From Eledone cirrhosa (lineage: Eukaryota), in contig OZ024745.1 of the NCBI GenBank assembly GCA_964016885.1, positions 23,126,001-23,190,000 on the forward strand: a stretch of 64,000 nt of DNA. Direction: 5' to 3'. A program made the translations under genes and the position numbers. This document shows positions 1-13,034 of the stretch, piece after piece; position 1 is the first letter of the stretch, and every line of letters starts with the position of its first letter. Under the pieces are notes generated by a model, which did no database searches, had not been told where the DNA came from, and was given only the letters and a program-made list of their open reading frames with translations.

Positions 1-810
1 AAGTATCTAGGTCGAGAGTGACATCTAAGAAGTTGGCCCTAGTCAAATTAGAATCTATAGTTATACTAAATCCTAGATTAGAGAAGAAAGAGCTTAAGTT
101 TTTCCGAAACCCATCGGTGGTTCTGGGGCTAAACTTATGCAGGGCGAAGAGGCCGTCGTCTCGGTATAAACCTCCCGTTAGGCCGGTAAAGAGGTTCTTC
201 AGGTTATGTAGGATGTACAGGCCCACAAGGTCGCTAATTTCAGCCGAGTCACTCGCCCCCATGCTAACGTCAAATGGGGTCTGAGATTTCTTGTTGATCC
301 AGTAAGATCCATCGTGGTATAGAAAGGTCTTACGAGCGTGGAGGATAATAACTTGCTCAGCATCGGTAATGGTGGTAAAATTCCTGGCAAAGTTAATTGC
401 GTCCTTCAGGAGGGGCTCCGAGATAGAGGCATAGTAGTTTTCTATGTCGAGTTGCAGGAAGCGAGTGTGGTGTTTATCGGGTAATTCTTGGAACCATGAT
501 ATTGCCTCAGATGTTCTACTCCAGAGTGGAAGTGGTGAGGCTGCTCGCAATGATGGTAGAACTCTATCCAGGATCTTCTTACTAATAGAGCCGATGTCAG
601 AACGAGTGGGGTTGATAAGTCTGACTGATGGTTTGTTGAGGAAATTTCCCTTATGGTCCTTCAGGGTAAAGTGCAGGGTCTTTACCCTTAAAGGTTCGGT
701 TCGGTCATGTAATTTAAGGGACTTGGCGATTTCTTTTCCGGCCGCGTTTGTCTCAGTCAGTGCCCTCTCTATTACCTTTTTGTAGGTGGTCGTGATGGTA
801 TTTCTAATGA
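1..810 (-). mobile_element. Penelope-like element RT fragment (runs off window edge)
   Basis: Minus-strand translation gives LKDHKGNFLNKPSVRLINP, FLQLDIENYYASI, FDVSMGASDSAEISDLVGLYIL, GLYRDDGL, NFLDVTLDL; collinear with the RT at 45611-46849. Confidence 0.9.
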
Positions 811-920
811 ATGAAACAGTTCTAGTCCTGTAGAATCTCATCTATATTAAAACTTTTATACTCTGCTATGTATTGAGTACCTTACTTACTGTGGTTACCT
901 CCGATTCAACCCGGAATAAC
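800..920 (+). mobile_element. Inverted pseudo-LTR 3' end of the PLE, with 3' half of a hammerhead
   Basis: GAATGAAACAGTTCTAGTCCTGTAGAA... ends at (TA)n; same sequence recurs at 53108-53270 and 55316-55352. Confidence 0.7.
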
Positions 921-1101
<181 letters not shown>

Positions 1102-1462
1102 TGCTAGAAATAGCAACTAAATACCGCTTCAGGCAACTTCACCACAGGATGTAAACAAGGGAACCATTACATAGTCATTAGACCTGCTAGATATAACAAC
1201 CAAATACCACTCCAACCAGCTTCTTCAGAAAGCTAACTAAGGAATCTTTTCATAGTCGTTAGACCTGTTAGAAATAGCAACCAAGTATCCCACACCTTAG
1301 TACCATATTCAAACTAAAATTCCAATCAGTCTGTCTGTGTCTGCCTATCTTTATGTCTGTCTGTTTGTCTGTTTGTCAGCCGGTCTTGTTCATTCTCAGA
1401 TGAAAGAACCAGAATACGTTACATTTATTATTCCACTCTTCGTATATATTAAACTTATTCCA

Positions 1463-1785
1463 TACCACCACCACTTCCACCACCGCCACCACAACTCCAC
1501 CACCACCACTACCAACACCACCCTCCACTATCACCCCCACCCCACCCACACACACACACATACACACTCACACCACCACCACACCACCACCAACCCCACC
1601 ACAATCCTAACCCCACCAGTACCACCACCACCACCACAACTCCACCACCACCACTACCTGCCACCACCACCACCACCACCACCACCAACACCACCAACAC
1701 CACCAACCCCACCACCACCACTACCCCCCTAACCCAACCACTACCCCCACCCCACCCCACCCCACTACCACCACCAACCCCCACC
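1463..1785. repeat. (ACC)n-rich low-complexity tract
   Basis: Direct reading; source of Pro/His/Thr pseudo-ORFs. Confidence 0.9.
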
Positions 1786-2309
1786 CTCTCACAAGATGCT
1801 CTAGATAGCCAATAACCAATGTTACATGACTACCACATTTTCCAGGCGGTTCCTCTAAGACTCAATAGATTATAGGACTTAGACTTAACCTAACCTTTCT
1901 ATATTTATGTCTATAGTTTACTCTAAACTTCTTAGTCTCAAGCCTGAGATCTTAGTAAGGGGTGGTTGGTGACTGGGTGGTTGGGGGTGGCAGATTAATG
2001 AGTTAATCACTGGTAGCTTATCTCTTGCTTATACCACACTGGCCACACTTTATAAACATTCCAATAGTCATTTATCTATTTATTATTTATTTATTTATTT
2101 ATTTATTATTTATTTGTTTATTTGTTTATTTGTTTATTTCTTTTCTGATTAGATATATGAAGGACTCCAGGGTTTTCGGAGGGGTGGGGCCGTGAAGGAC
2201 AGGGATTCAGCATCGTTTGCATTTGAAAAAAAAAAACGAAAAGAAAACGAAAAATAAAAGGAAGAGACAAAAATATTAAATAGGACAAATAATGGAAAGG
2301 TAGTAAGGG

Positions 2310-5300
2310 AGGGGCAGACTCTATATCTCAGTCTATGTGGTAGATTTCAGCTGGGGGGGGGGTACCCCAGTATAGGTGTTAGATTTCAGTTGTGAGGGAC
2401 AGACTCTATACCCCAGTCTAGGTGGTAGATTTCAGTTGTGAGGGACAGACTGTATACCCCAGTCTAGGTGGTAGATTTCAGTTGTGAGGGACAGACTCTA
2501 TACCCCAGTCTAGGTGGTAGATTTCAGTTGTGAGGGACAGACTCTATACCCCAGTCTAGGTGGTAGATTTCAGTTGTGAGGGACAGACTCTATACCCCAG
2601 TCTAGGTGGTAGATTTCAGTTGTGAAGGACAGACTCTATACCCCAGTCTAGGTGGTAGATTTCAGTTGTGAGGGACAGACTGTATACCCCAGTCTAGGTG
2701 GTAGATTTAAGTTGAGAGGGACAGACTGTATACCCCAGTCTAGGTGGTAGTTTTCAGTTGTGAGGGACAGACTCTATACCCCAGTCTAGGTGGTAGATTT
2801 CAGTTGTGAGGGACAGACTCTATACCCCAGACTAGGTGGTAGATTTCAGTTGTGAGGGACAGACTCTATACCCCAGTCTAGGTGGTAGATTTCAGTTGTG
2901 AGGGACAGACTCTATACCCCAAACTAGGTGGTAGATTTCAGTTGTGAGGGACACACTCTATAGCCCAGACTAGGTGGTAGATTTCAGTTGTGAGGGACAG
3001 ACTCTATAGCCCAGACTAGGTGGTAGATTTCAGTTGTGAGGGACAGACTCTATACCCCAGTCTAGGTGGTAGATTTCAGTTGTGAGGGACAGACTCTATA
3101 CCCCAGTCTAGGTGGTAGATTTCAGTTGTGAAGGACAGACTCTATACCCCAGTCTAGGTGGTAGATTTAAGTTGTGAGGGACAGACTCTATACCCCAAAC
3201 TAGGTGGTAGATTTCAGTTGTGAGGGACAGACTCTATACCCCAGTCTAGGTGGTAGATTTCAGTTGTGAGGGACAGACTGTATACCCCAGACTAGGTGGT
3301 AGATTTAAGTTGAGAGGGACAGACTGTATACCCCAGTCTAGGTGGTAGATTTCAGTTGTGAGGGACAGACTCTATACCCCAGACTAGGTGGTAGATTTCA
3401 GTTGTGAGGGACAGACTCTATAGCCCAGACTAGGTGGTAGATTTCAGTTGTGAGGGACAGACTCTATAGCCCAGACTAGGTGGTAGATTTCAGTTGTGAG
3501 GGACAGACTCTATAGCCCACACTAGGTGGTAGATTTCAGTTGTGAGGGACAGACTCTATACCCCAGTCTAGGTGGTAGATTTCAGTTGTGAGGGACAGAC
3601 TCTATACCCCAAACTAGATGGTAGATTTCAGTTGTGAGGGGTAGACTGTATACCCCAGTCTAGGTGGTAGATTTCAGTTGTGAGGGACAGACTGTATACC
3701 CCAGTCTAGGTGGTAGATTTCAGTTGTGAGGGACAGACTGTATACCCCAGTCTAGGTGGTAGATTTCAGTTGTGAGGGACAGACTCTATACCCCAGTCTA
3801 GGTGGTAGATTTCAGTTGTGAGGGACAGACTCTATACCCCAAACTAGGTGGTAGATTTCAGTTGTGAGGGGTAGACTGTATACCCCATACTAGGTGGTAG
3901 ATTTGAGTTGTGAGGGACAGACTCTATACCCCAGTCTAGGTGGTAGATTTCAGTTGTGAGGGACAGACTCTATACCCCAGTCTAGGTGGTAGATTTCAGT
4001 TGTGAAGGACAGACTCTATACCCCAGTCTAGGTGGTAGATTTCAGTTGTGAGGGACAGACTGTATACCCCAGTCTAGGTGGTAGATTTAAGTTGAGAGGG
4101 ACAGACTGTATACCCCAGTCTAGGTGGTAGTTTTCAGTTGTGAGGGACAGACTCTATACCCCAGTCTAGGTGGTAGATTTCAGTTGTGAGGGACAGACTC
4201 TATACCCCAGACTAGGTGGTAGATTTCAGTTGTGAGGGACAGACTCTATACCCCAGTCTAGGTGGTAGATTTCAGTTGTGAGGGACAGACTCTATACCCC
4301 AAACTAGGTGGTAGATTTCAGTTGTGAGGGACACACTCTATAGCCCAGACTAGGTGGTAGATTTCAGTTGTGAGGGACAGACTCTATAGCCCAGACTAGG
4401 TGGTAGATTTCAGTTGTGAGGGACAGACTCTATACCCCAGCCTAGGTGGTAGATTTCAGTTGTGAGGGACAGACTCTATACCCCAGTCTAGGTGGTAGAT
4501 TTCAGTTGTGAAGGACAGACTCTATACCCCAGTCTAGGTGGTAGATTTAAGTTGTGAGGGACAGACTCTATACCCCAAACTAGGTGGTAGATTTCAGTTG
4601 TGAGGGACAGACTCTATACCCCAGTCTAGGTGGTAGATTTCAGTTGTGAGGGACAGACTGTATACCCCAGACTAGGTGGTAGATTTAAGTTGAGAGGGAC
4701 AGACTGTATACCCCAGTCTAGGTGGTAGATTTCAGTTGTGAGGGACAGACTCTATACCCCAGACTAGGTGGTAGATTTCAGTTGTGAGGGACAGACTCTA
4801 TAGCCCAGACTAGGTGGTAGATTTCAGTTGTGAGGGACAGACTCTATAGCCCAGACTAGGTGGTAGATTTCAGTTGTGAGGGACAGACTCTATACCCCAG
4901 ACTAGGTGGTAGATTTCAGTTGTGAGGGACAGACTCTATACCCCAGTCTAGGTGGTAGATTTCAGTTGTGAGGGACAGACTCTATACCCCAAACTAGGTG
5001 GTAGATTTCAGTTGTGAGGGACACACTCTATAGCCCAGACTAGGTGGTAGATTTCAGTTGTGAGGGACAGACTCTATAGCCCAGACTAGGTGGTAGATTT
5101 CAGTTGTGAGGGACAGACTCTATACCCCAGTCTAGGTGGTAGATTTCAGTTGTGAGGGACAGACTCTATACCCCAGTCTAGGTGGTAGATTTCAGTTGTG
5201 AAGGACAGACTCTATACCCCAGTCTAGGTGGTAGATTTAAGTTGTGAGGGACAGACTCTATACCCCAAACTAGGTGGTAGATTTCAGTTGTGAGGGACAG

Positions 5301-6016
5301 ACTCTATACCCCAGTCTAGGTGGTAGATTTTAGTTGTGAGGGACAGACTGTATACCCCAGACTAGGTGGTAGATTTAAGTTGAGAGGGACAGACTGTATA
5401 CCCCAGTCTAGGTGGTAGATTTCAGTTGTGAGGGACAGACTCTATACCCCAGACTAGGTGGTAGATTTCAGTTGTGAGGGACAGACTCTATAGCCCAGAC
5501 TAGGTGGTAGATTTCAGTTGTGAGGGACAGACTCTATAGCCCAGACTAGGTGGTAGATTTCAGTTGTGAGGGACAGACTCTATAGCCCACACTAGGTGGT
5601 AGATTTCAGTTGTGAGGGACAGACTCTATACCCCAGTCTAGGTGGTAGATTTCAGTTGTGAGGGACAGACTCTATACCCCAAACTAGATGGTAGATTTCA
5701 GTTGTGAGGGGTAGACTGTATACCCCAGTCTAGGTGGTAGATTTCAGTTGTGAGGGACAGACTGTATACCCCAGTCTAGGTGGTAGATTTCAGTTGTGAG
5801 GGACAGACTGTATACCCCAGTCTAGGTGGTAGATTTCAGTTGTGAGGGACAGACTCTATACCCCAGTCTAGGTGGTAGATTTCAGTTGTGAGGGACAGAC
5901 TCTATACCCCAAACTAGGTGGTAGATTTCAGTTGTGAGGGGTAGACTGTATACCCCATACTAGGTGGTAGATTTGAGTTGTGAGGGACAGACTCTATACC
6001 CCAGTCTAGGTGGTAT
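2310..6016. repeat. 46-bp tandem satellite, about 80 units, with 1380-bp and 690-bp higher-order periods
   Basis: Unit GGGACAGACTCTATACCCCAGTCTAGGTGGTAGATTTCAGTTGTGA; variant-bearing lines 2701/4081, 2941/4321 and 3301/4681 are identical. Confidence 0.95.
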
Positions 6017-6333
6017 ATTAGCGGCAGATCTACCGATCAGTCTAGGTGGTCTATTTCAGCTTTCAGGGGGCTGACTTTACACTCCAAAGAGAGAATGCAC
6101 TTTTCCCCGGTTTGGTGGAGAGAAAAGGCAGTTTGGGACATGAGGACCACTGAGGTCCCGGTGGTGACCGGCACATAAAGGATGAGATCGGTGAAACCCT
6201 AGTATCTAGCTATCTTCCTCTCCTCCAAGTTAAGGGTGACGGCGTCCGTGTTTGTGGGCTGTGGGAGGGTGAGGAGAAAGAGAGAGAACGAGAGAGAGAG
6301 AGGGGGAGAGCGAGAGAGAGAGAGAGAGGGGGG

Positions 6334-6410
<77 letters not shown>

Positions 6411-6899
6411 ATTGAGAAGCAAGTGCTTCCGAGGATCGGATGAAAAGTTCATAAGATGACTATGAAGGAATGATTGTAGATTCTAGAGCTATGAAATCTT
6501 CTTAATAACTACATTATTTCTTTCCAGAGACCATTTTGAAAAATAAACCCAATTTGGTCATTCAATGAGAGCTTCACCTACGCAGTCGCAGGATCATCAA
6601 ACAAGTGTATTTAAACTCTACCTCGGTAGTGAGTAGACTTTTCTCTTGTCTATCAACCACATATATATATATATATATACACACACACACGCATACATAC
6701 ACACGCATACACACACAAACACATGTATGTGTATGTTTGTATATATATATGTGTGTGTGTGTGTGTGCGTAAACACATAAAAAGCCATCAACCCTATTGA
6801 CATACTCGTCATATTTAGTTTCACCCTGATGCACATCACGACACAATCTGGGTATGTGTCTATATATATACATGTATGAATGTATGTATGTAAGTCTGT

Positions 6900-7051
6900 A
6901 TGCATGTATGTACGTATGTATGTTTGTATGTGTTTTGTATATATATATGTATGAATGTATGTATATATAGATGGATGGATGTATATAGCCAGAAAAAGTT
7001 TTATACGCACATAAACACAATCTGACTCATATGAATATACAAATAGCATTA

Positions 7052-7086
<35 letters not shown>

Positions 7087-7295
7087 TTTAGCTTTAAACT
7101 ATCTCTGTTACTGTATTAAATATATATATATATATATATATATTAATGCTATTTGTATATTCATATGACTCAGATTGTGTTTATGTGCGTATAAAGTTTT
7201 TCTGGCTATATACATCCATTCATCCATCTATATATGCATACATTCATACATATATATACAAAACACATATAAACATACATACATACATATATATA
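6900..7295. repeat. Inverted repeat pair (about 150-bp arms) around a TA/GA spacer
   Basis: 6900-7052 is the reverse complement of about 7143-7295 (e.g. TATACGCACATAAACACAATCTGA / TCAGATTGTGTTTATGTGCGTATA). Confidence 0.8.
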
Positions 7296-7299
7296 TACA

Positions 7300-8030
7300 T
7301 GGTGGCTGCCAACTCGTTTTCGAGTACGGCCACTACTTTATATCCATGTAGGAGAACCCCTACCGATGCGCTGAACGAGTGTGACTTTTTAGTCCAGCCA
7401 GCGACTTGAAAACTCTGGTACAAACACTACACCTGTGACAATTATTGACACATAGTGCTGGGCCCGTGGCACCATGTGACCCAAGGTGTCGTGTGAGATC
7501 ACTACTCGACCTGCATACCCTTCCACAAACATCACATGTCGTCGTCTGATGAACACTTATAGCTCCACAGGTGCCTGCTTCCCTGTTCTTGTGCACTCTC
7601 AGGTGACTCTTTAGACCTGCTATGCTCAGACAAACCCTATTACAGGTCTCACATGTCAGGTCAGGCCGTCTGTCAGTGCTTTCGGGAAGGCCAACATGGA
7701 TTCCTTTCCGAACATCTCTTTTTAGTGTCGCGTGCCTTCTTCTTGTTTCCTCAAATAGACTCTTGCCACTAGCCACTGCTTTCCTTCAATGCGATCGGTC
7801 GCTAGCGCATGCTTCCCAGTGCTCACAAGGGATGTTACTTTTCTTGAGCGCCCCCTTCATACAGTCCTTAAAATGCATCTTGGGTTTGCTCGCGTTCCTT
7901 TTTCCCATTTGGAGCTCGCCATAAAGCAGCTGCTTCGGCATTCGCTTGTCATTTATCCTTACAAGATGGCCTGTCCAGCGCAGCTGATGTTTCAAAATCA
8001 AGGACTCGGCCATGGTCGGGTCGTTGGCGA
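7300..8030 (-). mobile_element. RTE-clade LINE 3' end with three C-terminal C2H2 zinc fingers (one internal stop)
   Basis: [35 protein letters not shown] is typical RTE; then CETCNRVCLSIAGLKSHLRVH, CDVCGRVCRSSSDLTRHLGSH, CSVCTRVFKSLAGLKSHTRSAH; 3' hairpin ACTCGAAAACGAGT. Confidence 0.85.
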
Positions 8031-8153
8031 CTAAACTGGCAAACCCACCAAGGTTTCTTGGTGAGGAGGGTGACATGCATGCATACATACATACATACAT
8101 ACATACATACATACATACATACATACATACATACATACATACATACATACATA

Positions 8154-8420
8154 CACCTTTAGCTTCATACCCATCATTATTGGAGCTACGGGTTATATAC
8201 CAACCCGCTTGCACCAAAGTATGACTGAACTTGGATTTGCGGGCAAAAAGCGCAGCTCCCTAATTCATAGTCTACAAATGGCTGCGATAGCTGGCACCTT
8301 CAAAATTTGCAAAACATTCTTGCGATTCAAGGGATGACAATTTCTTTTCTTTTATAACCTTGCCACCAGGAAGGTGGCCGGTCAAAAAAAAAATACTCGA
8401 AATTAAGAGAAAGAGATAAC
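8154..8420 (+). mobile_element. R4/Dong-like non-LTR element 3' end (restriction-like endonuclease C-terminus and UTR)
   Basis: [31 protein letters not shown]...GTFKICKTFLRFKG*; homologous to 21722-21820 and 21024-21150 (-); flanked by (CATA)n/(TA)n. Confidence 0.75.
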
Positions 8421-8742
8421 ATATATATACATACATACATACATATATATATACACACATTTTAAAAGCTGTTGTTCAGCTATCTAATTCGGTTAGAGAT
8501 GTCATGGTCTCTTGGTTTAATGATTCAAATCACCTAACTGATAACGGGGGGACACAGGGTTCGATTCCTCGTAGCCGCCGATAGCAACTTCTTTTTCCAC
8601 CTTTAAGGGAGGGTCCTCACTCTATTTTATAATATCTCCGCGCATGAGCACACCACTCTTTATATTAACTTTAATAAATATGTTTATAGTTTTTCCATGT
8701 TTATAAACCGTCACAGGGCGATGATACTGTAACTTCGAATCG

Positions 8743-8875
8743 GTGAGGTGCCTGGCTTAGTGGTTAGGGTTTTTGACTCATGAGCTTGAGGTTGGGTGTT
8801 TTGTGCAACACACTTTATTTTACATTGCTCCAGTTCACTCAGCTGGCAATAATCAGTTGTACCTGTAATTCAAAT
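8743..8875 (+). mobile_element. tRNA-derived CORE-type SINE, 5' part
   Basis: A-box TGGCTTAGTGG, CORE-like ACACTTTATTTTACATTGCTCCAG; related copies at about 38040-38180, 61270-61510 (-), 62425-62480. Confidence 0.7.
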
Positions 8876-10335
8876 GGTCTGCCTTGTCAACTCTAAGTCA
8901 ATTCAAGGGCTCTGGCTTGTCAACTGTGTGTCAATTCAAGGGGTCTGCCCTGTCAACTTTGTGTCAATTCAAAAGGTCTGCCTTGTCAACTCTGTGTCAA
9001 TTCAAAGGGTCTGCCTTGTCAACTCTCTGTCAATTCAAAAGGTCTGCCTTGCCAACACTGTGTCAATTCAAAGGGCCTGCCTTGTCAACTGTGTGTCAAT
9101 TCAAATGGTCTGCCTTGTCAACTCTGTGTCAATTCAAAAGGTCTGCCTTATCAACTCTCTGTCAATTCAAAGAGCCTGCCTTGTCAACTCTCTGTCAATT
9201 CAAATGGTCTGCCTTGTCAACTCTGTGTCAATTCAAAAGGTCTGCCTTATCAACTCTCTGTCAATTCAAAGAGCCTGCCTTGTCAACTCTCTGTCAATTC
9301 AAATGGTCTGCCTTGTCAACTCTGTGTCAATTCAAAGGGTCTGCCTTGTCAACTCTGTGTCAATTCAAAGGGTCTGCCTTGTCAGCTTTGTGTCAATTCA
9401 AAGGGTCTGCCTTGTCAACTCTGTGTCAATTCAAAGGGTGTGCCTTATCAACTCTGTGTCAATTCAAAGGGTCTGCCTTATCAACTCTGTGTCAATTCAA
9501 AGGGTCTGCCTTGTCAGCTTTGTGTCAATTCAAATGGTCTGCCTTGTCAACTCTGTGTCAATTCAAAGGGTCTGCCTTATCAACTCTGTGTCAATTCAAA
9601 GGGTCTGCCTTATCAACTCTGTGTCAATTCAAATGGTCTGCCTTGTCAGCTTTGTGTCAATTCAAAGGGTCTGCCTTGTCAACTCTGTGTCAATTCAAAG
9701 GGTGTGCCTTATCAACTCTGTGTCAATTCAAAGGGTCTGCCTTGTCAACTCTGTGTCAATTCAAATGGTCTGCCTTGTCAGCTTTGTGTCAATTCAAAGG
9801 GTCTGCCTTGTCAACTCGGTGTCAATTCAAAGGGTCTGCCTTGTCAACTCGGTGTCAATTCAAAGGGTCTGCCTTGTCAACTCTCTGTCAATTCAAAGGG
9901 TCTGCCTTGCCAACTCGGTGTCAATTCAAATGGTCTGCCTTGTCAACTTTGTGTCAATTCAAAGGGTCTGCCTTGCCAATTCTGTGTCAATTCAAAGGGT
10001 CTGCCTTGTCAACTCTGTGTCAATTCAAAAGGTCTGCCTTGCCAACACTGTGTCAATTCAAAGGGTCTGCCTTGTCAACTCGGTGTCAATTCAAAGGGTC
10101 TGCCTTGCCAACACTGTGTCAATTCAAAGGGTCTGCCTTGTCAACTCGGTGTCAATTCAAAGGGTCTGCCTTGTCAACTCTGTGTCAATTCAAAGGGTCT
10201 GCCTTGTCAACTCTGTGTCAATTCAAAGGGTCTGCCTTGTCAACTCTGTGTCAATTCAAAGGGTCTGCCTTATCAACCCTGTGTCAATTCAAAGGGTCTG
10301 CCTTGCCAACTCTGTGTCAATTCAAATGGTCTGCC
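8866..10335. repeat. 33-bp tandem minisatellite (about 44 units) amplified from the SINE body
   Basis: Unit GGGTCTGCCTTGTCAACTCTGTGTCAATTCAAA continues directly from the SINE at 8743-8875. Confidence 0.92.
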
Positions 10336-10759
10336 AAAGGGTCTACCGGGACCAGTGGGTCGTATCTACCGGGAGCAGTGGGTCCTATCTACCGGGACCA
10401 GTGGGTCCTATCTACTGTGTTGTGTATGTGTGTCTGCGTTGTGTTAGTACTGTGTATGTGTATGTGTGTGTGTGTTGTGTTAGCTCCTGTGTGTGTGTGT
10501 ATGTGTTGTGTTAGCTCCTGTGTGTGTGCTGTGTTAGTCACTCTGTATTTATGTATGTATGTGAATGTGTCTTGTGTTTGTCCCCGTGTATGTGTGAATG
10601 TGTGCTATACTAGTTCCTGTATATGTATGTGTGTGTATTGTGTGTGTTCCTGTGTATGTGTGAGTGGTGTGTCATACAAGGTATGGGCTTGACAACAGTA
10701 GTGGGGCCACTTGTGGGGACTAGGGGAGAAGAAAGTAAGATTTTGTGGATATGCTGGCT

Positions 10760-11970
10760 ATATGTGTGTGTGTGTTAATCACTGTGTATGTGTGTGTGTT
10801 AATCACTGTGTATGTGTGTGTGTTAATCACTGCGTATGTGTGTGTGTTAATCACTGTGTATGTATGTGTGTGTGTTAATCACTGTGTATGTGTGTATGTG
10901 TATGTGTGTGTGTTAATCACTGTATATATGTGTGTGTGTTAATCACTGTGTATGTATGTGTGTGTGTGTTAACCATGTGTGTATGTGTATATGTGTGTTA
11001 ATCACTGTGTATGTATGTGTGCGTATTAATCACTGTGTATGTATGTGTATGTGTGTGTTAATCACTGTGTATGTATGTGTGTGTGTTAATCACTGTGTAT
11101 GTATGTATGTGTGTGTTAATCACTGTGTATGTATGTGTGTGTGTTATCACTGTGTATGTATGTATGTGTGTTAATTACTGTATGTATGTGTGTGTTAATC
11201 ACTGTGTATGTATGTGTGTGTGTGTGTTAATCACTGTGTATGTATGTGTGTGTGTTAATCACTGTGTATGTATGTATGTGTGTGTGTTAATCACTGTGTA
11301 TGTATGTGTGTGTGTGTGTTAATCACTGTGTATGTATGTGTGTGTGTTAATCACTGTGTGTGTATGTGTGTGTGTGTGTTAATCACTGTGTATGTATGTG
11401 TGTGTGTTAATCACTGTATGTATGTATGTGTGTGTGTTAATCACTGTGTATGTATGTATGTGTGTGTAAATCACTGTATGTATGTGTGTGTGTGTGTTAA
11501 TCACTGAGTATGTGCGTGTGTGTTAATCACTGTATGTATGTGTGTTAATCACTGTGTATGTATGTGTATGTGTGTGCGTTAATCACTGTGTATGTATGTA
11601 TGTGTTAATCACTGTGTATGTATGTATGTGTGTTAATCACTGTGTATGTGTGTGTGTTAATCACTATGTATGTATGTGTGTTATTCAGTATGTGTGTATG
11701 TGTATGTGTGTGTGTTAATCACTGTGTATGTGTGTGTGTTAATCACTGTGTATGTGTGTGTGTGTTAATCACTGTGTATGTATGTGTGTGTGTGTTAATC
11801 ACTGTGTAGGTATGTGTGTGTGTTAATCACTGTGTATGTGTGTGTGTTAATCACTGTGTATGTATGTGTGTGTGTGTTAATCACTGTGTAGGTATGTGTG
11901 TGTGTTAATCACTGTGTATGTATGTGTGTGTGTTAATCACTGTGTATGTATGTGTGTGTGTGTATGTGTG
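10760..11970. repeat. Irregular minisatellite GTTAATCACTGTG(TATG)n(TG)n
   Basis: Direct reading. Confidence 0.9.
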
Positions 11971-12059
11971 TCCAGGTATAAAGAGTTTTTAATTCTTTTT
12001 TCTCTTTATTTGTTTCAGTCTGTGGCCATGCTGGGGCACCGCCATGAATATATTTAGTT

Positions 12060-12252
12060 AATAATTATTTCTATTTTTAGCACAAGGCCAGCGATTACCC
12101 CAGTACATTACTGGTAGTTTATTTTATCGACCCCGTAAGGATTGAAAGGCAAAGTTAACCTCGGTAGGATTTGAACTCAGACCATAAAGGGCCGTAACTC
12201 TATGGTGCAAAGCATGGTGTCCGACCCTCTACCGATTCTGCCAATCCCGCCC
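12060..12252 (-). mobile_element. tRNA-derived SINE with Meta-like central domain (abundant family)
   Basis: B-box GAGTTCAAATCC and TTTGCCTTTCATCCTTACGGGGTCGATAAAAT; close copies at 14283-14462, 19063-19256, 22405-22598, 26525-26705, 36443-36601, 50253-50430, 55940-56078, 62070-62265. Confidence 0.85.
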
Positions 12253-12302
12253 TTTTTTTTAACGTTAGTGCCCCAGGGTGAGAATTATATCGACATCAGA
12301 GT

Positions 12303-12962
12303 GATTTGACTGTGGCCAAGCTGGGGCACCGCCACGACTATAATTTAGTTGATAACATCGATACCAGCGTTATTTGACTGTGGCCATGCTGGGGCACCGC
12401 CATGATTATAATTTAGTTGATAACATCGATACCAGCGTTATTTGACTGTGGCCATGCTGGGGCACCGCCATGATTATAATTTAGTTGATAACATCGATAT
12501 CAGCATTATTTGACTGTGGCCATGCTGGGGCACCGCCACGACTATAATTTAGTTGATAACATCGATATCAGCGTTATTTGACTGTGGCCATGCTGGGGCA
12601 CCGCCATGATTATAATTTAGTTGATAACATCGATACCAGCGTTATTTGACTGTGGCCATGCTGGGGCACCGCCATGATTATAATTTAGTTGATAACATCG
12701 ATACCAGCGTTATTTGACTGTGGCCATGCTGGGGCACCGCCATGATTATAATTTAGTTGATAACATCGATACCAGCGTTATTTGACTGTGGCCATGCTGG
12801 GGCACCGCCATGATTATAATTTAGTTGATAACATCGATATCAGCATTATTTGACTGTGGCCATGCTGGGGCACCGCCACGACTATAATTTAGTTGATAAC
12901 ATCGATATCAGCGTTATTTGACTGTGGCCATGCTGGGGCACCGCCACGACTATAATTTAGTT
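12303..12962. repeat. 68-bp tandem array (about 10 units), SINE-derived
   Basis: Unit TTTGACTGTGGCCATGCTGGGGCACCGCCATGATTATAATTTAGTTGATAACATCGATACCAGCGTTA. Confidence 0.9.
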
Positions 12963-13034
12963 CAAAGGTTCCCAGGAGGAGAGGCACAGTGGGCCAATCG
13001 TGGTGGTGGATGATGATTTTCACCAGTTATAATC

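Noticed and set aside
7360-7776. Host C2H2 zinc-finger gene
   Set aside because: In frame with the RTE LINE C-terminus and followed by a LINE-type 3' tail.
8874-10692. 546/602/335-aa ORFs as a repeat protein gene
   Set aside because: Explained by a stop-free 33-bp unit derived from a SINE; all three frames are open and there is no gene context.
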